51,971 nt of DNA from Candidatus Latescibacterota bacterium (GTDB lineage Bacteria > Latescibacterota > UBA2968), in NCBI GenBank assembly GCA_038279365.1, contig JAYODI010000034.1:1-51971 (forward strand). The letters are read 5' to 3'. The position numbers were made by a program, and so were the translations under genes. The number at the start of each line of letters is the position of its first letter. Position 1 is the stretch's first letter. Under the pieces are notes generated by a model that ran no database searches, had not been told where the DNA came from, and was given only the letters and a program-made list of their open reading frames with translations. Positions 1-8,386 of this stretch are shown one piece after another.

Positions 1-3
1 TCG

Positions 4-1800
4 TTGTCTCCTCAACGCCCAGAGACACCTACCATTAGTGTGGTGAGAGACTTGGCTCAATCGTTGGGTGAAAGTGTCTATGTCGGCTTTTCATCTGGCA
101 CAGGTGGTGCCTATGGCAACCACGATATCGTAGGTTTGCAGTTTAACAATGAGTATGATCCTATCATTGATGTGCCTGGACCATCTAATAGTGCACCCAT
201 TGCAGATGCTGGTACAAGTGCACCATTGGAAGCAGTTAGCCCGTCAGGCACAGAAGTTACTTTGGATGGGTCGGGTTCTTCGGATCCTGATAATGATGTA
301 TTGACGTATATGTGGTCTGCTGATGGCATTACGTTTGTTGATGCCACAAGTGCCACACCGACGGGTTCATTCCCTGTGGGTGAAACGACAGTGACACTGA
401 CAGTGGATGATGGCAATGGCGAAACGTCAACGGATGAGGTTGTGGTGACCATTACGGATGGTACGGCACCTACGTTGACAATTCCCGGTGGCATCACAGC
501 CGAATGCACAGGTCCAAATGGCGAATCGATCGAACTTGGCACAGCCAGTGCAACGGATAATGGCGATGCCAATCCGGTGATCACAAATGATGCACCCGAT
601 ACATTTTCAATGGGCACAACCGTGGTAACGTGGACTGCCACCGATGCTTCTGGCAATGCCACAAGTGCAGAGCAGACGGTGATTGTTCAAGATACGACTT
701 CACCAGAGCTGACGGTTCCTGGTGATATCACAGCAGAAGCAACAAGCCCAGATGGTGCATCAGTTGACTTGGGTGAAGCCAGTGCATCAGATATTTGTGA
801 TCCTGATCCAGCGATTACGAACGATGGTGCCTTGAGTGTTTATCCTTTGGGTTCTACAACCGTGACGTGGACGGCAACCGATGCATCTGGTAATGCCACA
901 AGTGGTGATCAGCTTGTGAATGTTGTGGATACCACACCCCCAGATGTGAACTTCTCATTAAATACGGGCACACTATGGCCACCCAATCATAAGATGGTGC
1001 AAGTTGCCAGTGGTATTTCGGCCAGCGATATTGCCGATGAAAATCCTTCCGTCGTAATTACCGTGACCAGTGATGAAGACATCAATGGTTCTGGTGATGG
1101 CAACACAGATGTGGATTGGGAAGTGAACAATGGCAGTGTGTATTTGCGTGCCGAACGTGATGGTGGTCAAGACGGTCGTGTTTATATTGTGACCGTTGTT
1201 GCAACCGATGCTGCTGGCAACACAACGACAGTGACTGGCACCGTTGAAGTGCCTCACGGTCAGGAAGTTGCTTCTGCCGATGCAGGAAATGGCAAAGGTA
1301 AAGGCAAGGCGAAGAAGCTTGTTGTTGTGAGTCAAAGTGTGACCCCTGTGTTGGTTGTGGGTGAAGCCAAGGTGATAGCCGGTCAGTCTTCAGGTGTTGC
1401 ATTGAGCCAAGGTGAATCTGTGACGGTTGTTGGTGCTGGTCCTGTGGTTGCCGATCAGCTCTTGGATATTTCAGGAGAAGCTGATGTTGCGTCTCGTATG
1501 CAGGAGATTGTGGTAGAAAACCACACATTCTCTTTGTCACAAAATCATCCAAACCCCTTCAACCCCGAAACGGTGATTGGTTATGCCCTCGGTGAAGCTT
1601 CTGATGTGCGTTTGATCATTTACAATGTATTGGGTCAGCAGGTGCGTGAGTTGGTGAATGCGTCTCAGGCACCTGGTCAATACTCTGTGCGTTGGGATGG
1701 TCGCAATGCGTTGGGTGCTCAGGTAACCAGTGGTGTGTATATTTATCGCTTGGTTGCTGGCACACAAGTTGAGATGCGCAAGATGATTTTGTTGAAGTAA
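4..1800 (+). CDS. 5'-truncated cell-surface protein. It has an L-type lectin-like fragment, a PKD-like domain, 3 HYR (hyalin-repeat) domains, an Ig-like 'LWPPNHK' domain, a KGKGK linker and a T9SS C-terminal sorting domain; it is a paralog of 3911..7261
   Basis: The ORF runs from the window edge with no start codon. HYR-type motifs (TVVTWTATDASGN) occur 3 times and there is a PKD-like DGSGSSDPDNDxLTY motif. The C-terminus 'NHPNPFNPETVIGY...GVYIYRLVAGTQVEMRKMILLK' matches the Por secretion-system (T9SS) sorting-domain pattern. A hairpin terminator follows at 1828-1872. Confidence 0.8.
   Translation: MSPQRPETPTISVVRDLAQSLGESVYVGFSSGTGGAYGNHDIVGLQFNNEYDPIIDVPGPSNSAPIADAGTSAPLEAVSPSGTEVTLDGSGSSDPDNDVLTYMWSADGITFVDATSATPTGSFPVGETTVTLTVDDGNGETSTDEVVVTITDGTAPTLTIPGGITAECTGPNGESIELGTASATDNGDANPVITNDAPDTFSMGTTVVTWTATDASGNATSAEQTVIVQDTTSPELTVPGDITAEATSPDGASVDLGEASASDICDPDPAITNDGALSVYPLGSTTVTWTATDASGNATSGDQLVNVVDTTPPDVNFSLNTGTLWPPNHKMVQVASGISASDIADENPSVVITVTSDEDINGSGDGNTDVDWEVNNGSVYLRAERDGGQDGRVYIVTVVATDAAGNTTTVTGTVEVPHGQEVASADAGNGKGKGKAKKLVVVSQSVTPVLVVGEAKVIAGQSSGVALSQGESVTVVGAGPVVADQLLDISGEADVASRMQEIVVENHTFSLSQNHPNPFNPETVIGYALGEASDVRLIIYNVLGQQVRELVNASQAPGQYSVRWDGRNALGAQVTSGVYIYRLVAGTQVEMRKMILLK
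170..1800 (+). repeat. Copy A of a ~1.6 kb intragenomic duplication that matches copy B (5640..7261) with mosaic identity
   Basis: Direct comparison of the two stretches. A481-937 equals B5948-6404 at 100% identity (~457 bp) and A1551-1735 equals B7012-7196 at 100% (~180 bp). The flanking blocks are roughly 85-95% identical with small indels. Confidence 0.9.
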
Positions 1801-1827
1801 TGGGTTGGCAGTTCGTTATTTAAGTAG

Positions 1828-1872
1828 GAGAAAGTCCCTGTCGTAAGTAGCTTCGATAGGGACTTTCTTTTA
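1828..1872 (+). terminator. Rho-independent terminator of the first adhesin gene
   Basis: A 10-bp perfect stem (gaaagtccct/agggactttc) is followed by ttttac. Confidence 0.6.
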
Positions 1873-1942
1873 CGGGTTGACGATGAAGTATCGTGTTGTG
1901 GTGTAAGGTGGTGTGTTTCTCTAACGAATTTGGATTCAACTT

Positions 1943-3430
1943 ATGTCTGTAAATAAAGTCCCTATAAAACAAGAGAAGATTCTGATTGTGGACGACCAAC
2001 GCGAAAGTCTGTTGGGTTTGTCTAAGATGTTAGAGCGAGAGGGATATCAGGTTCAAGTTGCAACAAATGGGATTGATGGGTTGGCGTTTGCACGAGAATT
2101 TGCTCCGGATCTGATTTTGTTGGATGTTGTGATGCCGATGATGGGTGGCTTTGAGATGTGTGAGCATTTGAAGGCCGATGCAGGTCTGCACGATATCCCC
2201 GTGTTGTTTTTGACTTCTCATTTTGATCAAGAGAATGTTGTAGAAGGTTTTCGAGTCGGTGGGGTGGATTATATCTCAAAGCCTTTTCGCCAAGCAGAGT
2301 TGCTGATGCGGGTTAAGACGCATTTGGTGTTGCGCCAAACGGTGAAAGCTTTGCAGGAAAAAAATGCGATGCTCGAAGCAGAGATCAATCGCAGAAAGGT
2401 TGTTGTTAAAGAGCGAGATCAATTGGCGGATCGTATATCGGTGATGTCAGATGAAGATGCCAAGCATTGGGGCATTGGTGGTTTTATGGGACAAAGTGCC
2501 CCGACGCAGAGAGTGTTGAATGATATTGCACGGTTGCAGAAATTGGGTGCGGCCACATCGGTATTGATTATGGGGGAGAGTGGCACAGGTAAGGAGCTGG
2601 TTGCGCGTGCGCTTCATTTTGGGTCTGATCGGGCAAAAGGGGCTTTTGTGCCAGTAAATTGCTCTGCCATTTCGGGTGAATTGGCTGATTCTCTGCTGTT
2701 TGGTCATGTGCAAGGGGCTTTTACCGGGGCAGATCGAGATTGGGCAGGTTATTTTGCACTGGCCGATGGTGGGACGTTGTTTTTGGATGAGGTGGGTGAT
2801 ATGCCTGTGGATTTGCAAGCCAAGTTGTTGCGGGCATTGGAAGAAGGGGCGGTTTTGCCCGTGGGTGGAAAACAGGAAAAAGTGGTGGATGTTCGGGTGG
2901 TGGCTGCAACCAATGTGGCGTTGGCGGAGGCGATTGCCAAGGGAGAATTTCGACAAGATTTGTATTTTCGTTTGGCGCGGTTTCCGTTGCACATACCACC
3001 ACTGAGAGAGCGGCAGGAAGACATTTCATTGTTGGCAAAGCATTTTGTGAGTGTATTGGCCAATGAAATGGGGATACCCATTCCAGATATTTCGGACGCG
3101 GCTATGGATGTGCTCATTGCATATGCTTATCCGGGTAATGTGCGAGAATTGAAAAACGCCATTGAACGCGCGCTGATAGAAAGTGGTGGGAAAAGGGTTG
3201 GACCTCAGCATTTGCATTTGGGTGTGGGGGTGTCAATGTCAGATGCAAACGCACGGATCTCGTTTGACGATTTGCCTTTGAATATGGCGGATGCGGAATG
3301 GGTGCTCATCCAGCGGGCTATGAAACAAACGGGTGGCAATGTGGCGAAAGCGGCAAAACTTTTGGGTATTAACCGCATGAAAATCCATCGGCGATTGGCG
3401 GTTGAGAAAGAGGATGTCAATGCATCTTAA
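1943..3430 (+). CDS. Sigma-54-dependent transcriptional activator, an NtrC-family response regulator with REC, AAA+ and Fis-type HTH domains
   Basis: The N-terminal receiver carries a DD...D phospho-acceptor context (LILLDVVMP). Walker A is GESGTGKE. The GAFTGA sigma-54 contact motif is present (GHVQGAFTGA). The C-terminus has a Fis-type HTH (GNVAKAAKLLGINRMKIHRRL). The start is an ATG. Confidence 0.92.
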   Translation: MSVNKVPIKQEKILIVDDQRESLLGLSKMLEREGYQVQVATNGIDGLAFAREFAPDLILLDVVMPMMGGFEMCEHLKADAGLHDIPVLFLTSHFDQENVVEGFRVGGVDYISKPFRQAELLMRVKTHLVLRQTVKALQEKNAMLEAEINRRKVVVKERDQLADRISVMSDEDAKHWGIGGFMGQSAPTQRVLNDIARLQKLGAATSVLIMGESGTGKELVARALHFGSDRAKGAFVPVNCSAISGELADSLLFGHVQGAFTGADRDWAGYFALADGGTLFLDEVGDMPVDLQAKLLRALEEGAVLPVGGKQEKVVDVRVVAATNVALAEAIAKGEFRQDLYFRLARFPLHIPPLRERQEDISLLAKHFVSVLANEMGIPIPDISDAAMDVLIAYAYPGNVRELKNAIERALIESGGKRVGPQHLHLGVGVSMSDANARISFDDLPLNMADAEWVLIQRAMKQTGGNVAKAAKLLGINRMKIHRRLAVEKEDVNAS

Positions 3431-3459
3431 GTGCGTGAATGAATTCTGTATTTTACCAC

Positions 3460-3505
3460 AAAAAAAGAACAAGTGATCACTGGGTTACACTTGTTCTTTT
3501 TTTAT
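3460..3505 (+). terminator. Rho-independent terminator of the regulator gene
   Basis: A 10-bp perfect stem (agaacaagtg/cacttgttct) with a 12-nt loop is followed by a T7 run. Confidence 0.7.
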
Positions 3506-3570
3506 GTTTAACTGAAGATGACCAAAATCTTCACCCTCTGTTTTTAAGGGGATTATAGTTTTAAGAAGCG

Positions 3571-3585
3571 TGGCACCGTATTTGC
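3571..3585 (+). promoter_or_regulatory. Candidate sigma-54 (-24/-12) promoter, TGGCAC-N5-TTGC
   Basis: The sequence is tGGCACcgtatTTGCg. The -24 element matches the consensus TGGCAC exactly, the spacing is 5 nt, and the -12 element is TTGC. It is the only such match found in the intergenic regions of the window. It lies ~325 bp upstream of the adhesin start and immediately downstream of the enhancer-binding-protein gene. Confidence 0.55.
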
Positions 3586-3910
3586 GTTAAGAATATGCGT
3601 GTAACGCATGTCAGACTCAGTTTGTTTGTGCAACAAAGCAGACCCGTCAATTAAATACACATATAAATGGGTTTATCATACCCCCATTACAGTGTCCATT
3701 CACCTGAATAACCAGGGCACTTTAATGGGGGAATTTTTTTGTCCAATTATTGTTCGAGATGGATCAATAAAGGTACTCAAGGTGGGCAAAATCTACATCT
3801 GATCGTCGGGATCAAGGAGGGAGTTTGTGAAGCAGACCAGTCAGTTGGAAACGAGATAGAAAATTCGCGGGTTTTATGTTGGAAAATTTAAACAGGTGGG
3901 AGGATTAACG

Positions 3911-6900
3911 GTGAATAAATTGTTAAAGCGATGGGCTCTTTTGAGTGGGTTGGTTGCATTCGGCTTTTTGATGGGCGATTCGGTTTATGCCCAGATGCAG
4001 ACTGAAGATGCCAAACTTGTGCCAGGTGATGGGGCCGCCAAAGATCTATTTGGGGACGCGGTAGCGGTGTCAGGCAACTTGGCTATCATTGGTGCACCAG
4101 GCGACGACGTTGTCTCGACGTTTAGGAGCAATAATGGGACAGTGTATCAAGTTCGGGCAGGAAGTGTTTATTTTTATGAATTTGATGGCGTGAATTGGAA
4201 TCCGAATGGAAAAATGGTAGCCAGCAACAGAACTGGTCGACAACATTCATCAACGATGAATTATGGGCAAGCTATTTCTTTATTGGGTAATCGTCTTTTG
4301 ATTGGATCTCCAGGGTATGATGTGCCACGCAATAATGGTGCGGAGATAGACGAAGGTACTGTGTATGCCTATGAATATGATGGCAACAACTGGAACCAAG
4401 TTGGTGCTAATTTTAACCCTGCCAGCAAACGTCCGGGTTTTTATATGGGAAATAAAATATCTCAGTCGGGTGATCGTGCATTGATTAGTGCACACGGTTG
4501 GCAGGATAATGGAATCGGCGGTGCTGTAGGTGGTGCTTATATATACGATTATAATGCTGCCACACACGCTTGGACGGAATCTGCGATATTGCGACCAAGC
4601 GATAGAGCAGCAAAAGATAATTTTGGAATCGGTGTGTCTTTATCTGGCGATCGCGCAGCCATTGGTAAAGCTTTTGATGATGATAAAGGTACAGACTCGG
4701 GTAGTATGTACATATTTGAGTACAATGGCAGTAGCTGGGTCGAAACAGTTAAGTTCACAGCCAATGACGGGTCTGCAGGTGCTTTTTTTGGTCACGACGT
4801 GTTGCTTGAAGACGATGTTTTGTTGGTGGGCGCACCAGGTGATGGGAATCGGGGTGCTGTGTATGTATTTGAGAATGTTGGTGGTGCTTGGATTGAATCC
4901 CAAAAGTTGACAGCCAGCGATGGTGATGCTGGTGATCAATTTGGTTGGACTATGTCTCGGATTGGTGATCGCATCTCAATCAGTGCTCGTTTTGATGACG
5001 GCAGAGCGGGAAGTGCATATATATTTGAAAACGTTGGTGGTATTTGGGTTGAGACTCAGAAACTGACAGCGAGTAATCGGGCCGATGATGATTTGTTTGG
5101 TCACGGTCAAATTGCTCTGTCAAAAAGTCAGGCTTTTGTTGGCTCTGGGCGAAATGATGATAGAGGTCAGGATTCGGGTAGTATGTATGTGTTTGAGTTG
5201 GGTGGTACATCAGAGCCTGCGACTGAATATGAGAATGCCCAACCAGCGACGGCCATTGCTTCAAGTAATTATCCAGATTCGACAGCGGCGAGCTTGGCAG
5301 TTGATGGTGACGTGAATACGGGTTGGAACTCTGGCAATTGGGGACCCTCTTGGATAGAAGTGACTTTTGACCAACCCAGAACCTTCTCTGGATTGCACGT
5401 GACAGGGGTTGCCGTTCCAGCCGTCACTGAGGCTTATACGATCACTGCAACGAAAGCAGACGGAAACACTATTGTTGTGTCGGATGATTTCACGATCCCG
5501 TTAGCGCCTGCTGTCGGCATCAAGGATTTTGATCTTGGCTTGGGGTTCACCTCCTACACAAAGATTCGTATCGAAGCTCAAAATGCTGCGCCATATCCTG
5601 ACGCTTCTTGGATCTCCATAGCAGAGATTCAGCTCATCGTCCCTGAAACATCCAATGGTGCACCTGTAGCAGAAGCTGGCGAAGATGTATCAAAAGAAGC
5701 GACCAGTTCATCAGGTACGCCTGTCGCATTGGATGGATCGGGTTCATCAGATCCTGACAACGATGCATTGACGTATGTGTGGTCTGCCTCTGGTATTGAT
5801 TTTGACGATGCTGCCAGTGCAACGCCAACAGGTGCTTTTCCTTTGGGTGAAACCACAGTGACGTTGACGGTGGATGATGGCAATGGTGAAACGTCTACCG
5901 ATGAGGTTGTGGTGACCATTACGGATGGAACGGCACCTACGTTGACGATTCCCGGTGGCATCACAGCCGAATGCACAGGTCCAAATGGCGAATCGATCGA
6001 ACTTGGCACAGCCAGTGCAACGGATAATGGCGATGCCAATCCGGTGATCACAAATGATGCACCCGATACATTTTCAATGGGCACAACCGTGGTAACGTGG
6101 ACTGCCACCGATGCTTCTGGCAATGCCACAAGTGCAGAGCAGACGGTGATTGTTCAAGATACGACTTCACCAGAGCTGACGGTTCCTGGTGATATCACAG
6201 CAGAAGCAACAAGCCCAGATGGTGCATCAGTTGACTTGGGTGAAGCCAGTGCATCAGATATTTGTGATCCTGATCCAGCGATTACGAACGATGGTGCCTT
6301 GAGTGTTTATCCTTTGGGTTCTACAACCGTGACGTGGACGGCAACCGATGCATCTGGTAATGCCACAAGTGGTGATCAGCTTGTGAATGTTGTGGATACC
6401 ACACCTCCTGATGTGAATTTCTCGTTAAACACAGGGACATTGTGGCCACCCAATCATAAGATGGTGCAAGTTGCCAGTGGTATTTCAGCCAGCGATATTG
6501 CCGATGAAAATCCTTCTGTTGTAATTACCGTGACGAGTGATGAAGACATCAATGGCACAGGTGATGGCAATACCGAAGTAGATTGGGAAGTGATTGATGG
6601 CAGTGTGTATTTGCGTGCCGAACGCGATGGTGGTCAAGACGGTCGTGTGTATACCGTGACCGTTGTTGCCACCGATGCAGCAGGTAATACAACCACAGTA
6701 ACAGGCACGGTTGATGTGCCTCACGGTCAGGAAGTTGCTTCTGCTGATAATGGCAAAGGTAAAGGCAAAGCCAAGAAATTGGTGGTTGTGAGTCAGAGCG
6801 TGACACCTTCTATTGTTGTGGGAGAAGCGAAGGTGATTGCAGGTCAATCCTCTGGCACTTTGGTGACACAAGGTGAGTCGGTGACGATTGTTGGTGCTGG

Positions 6901-7261
6901 TCCTGTTGTTGCCGATCAGCTTATTGATCTTTCTGACAATGCCGAAGTTGCACCCGCTGTGCAAGATCGTTTGGTGCAACGCAATGCGTTCACACTGTCT
7001 CAGAATTATCCAAACCCCTTCAACCCCGAAACGGTGATTGGTTATGCCCTCGGTGAAGCTTCTGATGTGCGTTTGATCATTTACAATGTATTGGGTCAGC
7101 AGGTGCGTGAGTTGGTGAATGCGTCTCAGGCACCTGGTCAATACTCTGTGCGTTGGGATGGTCGCAATGCGTTGGGTGCTCAGGTGACAAGTGGTGTGTA
7201 TATTTACCGCTTGGTTGCGGGCACTCAGGTTGAGATGCGTAAGATGATTTTGTTGAAGTAA
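3911..7261 (+). CDS. Large secreted adhesin-like protein. It has a signal peptide, 7 FG-GAP (integrin-alpha-like beta-propeller) repeats, an F5/8 type C (discoidin) domain, a PKD-like domain, 3 HYR domains, an Ig-like domain and a T9SS C-terminal sorting domain
   Basis: The ORF track starts at GTG 3896. GTG 3911 is preferred because the RBS gggagga lies 6 nt upstream and a signal peptide (MNKLLKRWALLSGLVAFGFLMGDSVYAQ) follows. Repeated FGxxVxxxGxxxxIGAPxDD motifs mark the FG-GAP blades. The 'NTGWNSGNWGPSWIEVTF' region is discoidin-like. The C-terminal half is near-identical to that of ORF 4..1800. Confidence 0.85.
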   Translation: MNKLLKRWALLSGLVAFGFLMGDSVYAQMQTEDAKLVPGDGAAKDLFGDAVAVSGNLAIIGAPGDDVVSTFRSNNGTVYQVRAGSVYFYEFDGVNWNPNGKMVASNRTGRQHSSTMNYGQAISLLGNRLLIGSPGYDVPRNNGAEIDEGTVYAYEYDGNNWNQVGANFNPASKRPGFYMGNKISQSGDRALISAHGWQDNGIGGAVGGAYIYDYNAATHAWTESAILRPSDRAAKDNFGIGVSLSGDRAAIGKAFDDDKGTDSGSMYIFEYNGSSWVETVKFTANDGSAGAFFGHDVLLEDDVLLVGAPGDGNRGAVYVFENVGGAWIESQKLTASDGDAGDQFGWTMSRIGDRISISARFDDGRAGSAYIFENVGGIWVETQKLTASNRADDDLFGHGQIALSKSQAFVGSGRNDDRGQDSGSMYVFELGGTSEPATEYENAQPATAIASSNYPDSTAASLAVDGDVNTGWNSGNWGPSWIEVTFDQPRTFSGLHVTGVAVPAVTEAYTITATKADGNTIVVSDDFTIPLAPAVGIKDFDLGLGFTSYTKIRIEAQNAAPYPDASWISIAEIQLIVPETSNGAPVAEAGEDVSKEATSSSGTPVALDGSGSSDPDNDALTYVWSASGIDFDDAASATPTGAFPLGETTVTLTVDDGNGETSTDEVVVTITDGTAPTLTIPGGITAECTGPNGESIELGTASATDNGDANPVITNDAPDTFSMGTTVVTWTATDASGNATSAEQTVIVQDTTSPELTVPGDITAEATSPDGASVDLGEASASDICDPDPAITNDGALSVYPLGSTTVTWTATDASGNATSGDQLVNVVDTTPPDVNFSLNTGTLWPPNHKMVQVASGISASDIADENPSVVITVTSDEDINGTGDGNTEVDWEVIDGSVYLRAERDGGQDGRVYTVTVVATDAAGNTTTVTGTVDVPHGQEVASADNGKGKGKAKKLVVVSQSVTPSIVVGEAKVIAGQSSGTLVTQGESVTIVGAGPVVADQLIDLSDNAEVAPAVQDRLVQRNAFTLSQNYPNPFNPETVIGYALGEASDVRLIIYNVLGQQVRELVNASQAPGQYSVRWDGRNALGAQVTSGVYIYRLVAGTQVEMRKMILLK
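5640..7261 (+). repeat. Copy B of the ~1.6 kb duplication (see 170..1800)
   Basis: Same comparison as for copy A. Confidence 0.9.
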
Positions 7262-7293
7262 TATCGGTTGTTGTTGGATCGTTATTTTGATTG

Positions 7294-7336
7294 AAAAAAA
7301 TCTCCGTCGAGTGTAAATTCGGCGGAGATTTTTTAT
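7294..7336 (+). terminator. Rho-independent terminator
   Basis: An A-run precedes the stem atctccg/cggagat, and a T6 run follows. Confidence 0.7.
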
Positions 7337-7359
7337 GTTCATTTTAACCATGAGGAACT

Positions 7360-8238
7360 ATGCCAGATCTTGAATATGAAGTGAAACCGGTTTCAGAATT
7401 GCGCGAGGTGATTGAAAAAACGGCGGCAACATGGCCACTTGCCAAAGGCACCACATTTGAGTTTGTGATGTGTGATGGGGTTTCGTGTGAGTGGATTGAT
7501 GTGCCGAATGCGGGTGGTGATGTGGTGTATCTTCACGCGCATGGTGGAGGCTATTATAGGGGTTCGTCGCGCGTGGATGCGGCAATTTGTTCTCATTTGT
7601 GTGAGCAAACAGGTGCGCGATGTTTGTCGGTGAATTATCGGCGGCCACCTGATGAAGGGGTGTTTCCTGCAGCGGTGGATGATATGTATGCGGTTTGGTG
7701 TTGGCTCACGCGTGCAGATGGCGGTGGTGTTGCGCCGTCCAAGGTGGTGGTGGGTGGGACGTCGGCTGGGGGTGGGCTGTGTTTGGCCTTGTTGCTTCGC
7801 ATTCGAGATGAAGGGGGTGTTTTGCCTGCGGGTGCCATTGCGGTTTCGCCATGGACGGATATGACGCAGTCGGGCATTTCTTTTGAGACGAATGCAGAAT
7901 ATGGACCTAAGAAAGATTACTTGAGTCATTGGGCGGGTGTTTATTTGGGTGGCGCGGATGCCAAACATCCTTATGCATCGCCCCTGTTTGGTGATTTACA
8001 TGGTTTGCCACCGCTGTTGATTCAGGTGGGTGGGCATGAAACGATGTTGGATGATGCGTCGTCTTTTGCGGCTTCTGCCGCGCGTGCAGGTTGTGCGGTG
8101 ACGCTGGAGGTTTATCCGGGGCAGGGACATAGTTTTCAACATCAGGTGGGAACAAGCGAGGTGGCGCGTGAGGCGGTTGCACATATGGCACAATTTGTTG
8201 AGCGTTGGGGGGATCAGCAATCGGCGGTCAGCGATTAG
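7360..8238 (+). CDS. Alpha/beta-hydrolase fold-3 esterase/lipase of the Aes/HSL family
   Basis: The oxyanion motif HGGG is present (LHAHGGGY). The nucleophile elbow is GTSAGG (GxSxG). The RBS gaggaa precedes the ATG. Confidence 0.8.
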   Translation: MPDLEYEVKPVSELREVIEKTAATWPLAKGTTFEFVMCDGVSCEWIDVPNAGGDVVYLHAHGGGYYRGSSRVDAAICSHLCEQTGARCLSVNYRRPPDEGVFPAAVDDMYAVWCWLTRADGGGVAPSKVVVGGTSAGGGLCLALLLRIRDEGGVLPAGAIAVSPWTDMTQSGISFETNAEYGPKKDYLSHWAGVYLGGADAKHPYASPLFGDLHGLPPLLIQVGGHETMLDDASSFAASAARAGCAVTLEVYPGQGHSFQHQVGTSEVAREAVAHMAQFVERWGDQQSAVSD

Positions 8239-8311
8239 CAGTCAGCTTGATTTTAGCTTTATGGGGTTTTTGGTAAGTGAGTATGTATTGTGAGATGCTG
8301 GAATGTAACAT

Positions 8312-8346
8312 CAAAGGCCGAGATTTGTTTTGAATCTCGGCCTTTG
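8312..8346. terminator. Strong hairpin between convergent genes, a putative bidirectional terminator
   Basis: A 13-bp perfect stem (caaaggccgagat/atctcggcctttg) lies between the esterase (+) and the HAD gene (-). The U-tracts on either side are weak. Confidence 0.5.
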
Positions 8347-8386
8347 ATTGTTGCGTGTTTCGAGGCGTGTTTGACGATACCTTCTT

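Noticed and set aside
1290-1320. The short repeat ggcaaaggtaaaggcaaggcgaag (and 6740-6775), considered as a CRISPR or tandem repeat
   Set aside because: It is in-frame coding sequence for the KGKGKAKK linker of both adhesins and not a non-coding array. No CRISPR-like repeat-spacer structure exists anywhere in the window.
111-1767. Long antisense ORFs (111..662, 973..1335, 1082..1552, 1537..1767) inside the first adhesin gene, with equivalents at 5629..6129 and 6485..7351
   Set aside because: They lie opposite a coding strand with strong domain signal and repeated Thr/Val/Gly-rich codons, which keeps antisense frames open. They have no RBS and no recognisable protein features.
2022-3472. Multiple ORFs overlapping or antisense to the sigma-54 activator gene
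   Set aside because: They are shadow ORFs. The AAA+ and REC motifs identify the + frame as coding.
3608-3802. A 64-codon ORF in the leader between the sigma-54 promoter and the adhesin gene
   Set aside because: It has no Shine-Dalgarno site and no recognisable motif, and its composition is AT-rich. It more likely lies within the untranslated leader. It is mentioned under the sigma-54 finding only.
8312-8346. The 13-bp hairpin considered as a REP or mobile-element end
   Set aside because: It is a single copy between convergent genes and is better explained as a terminator.
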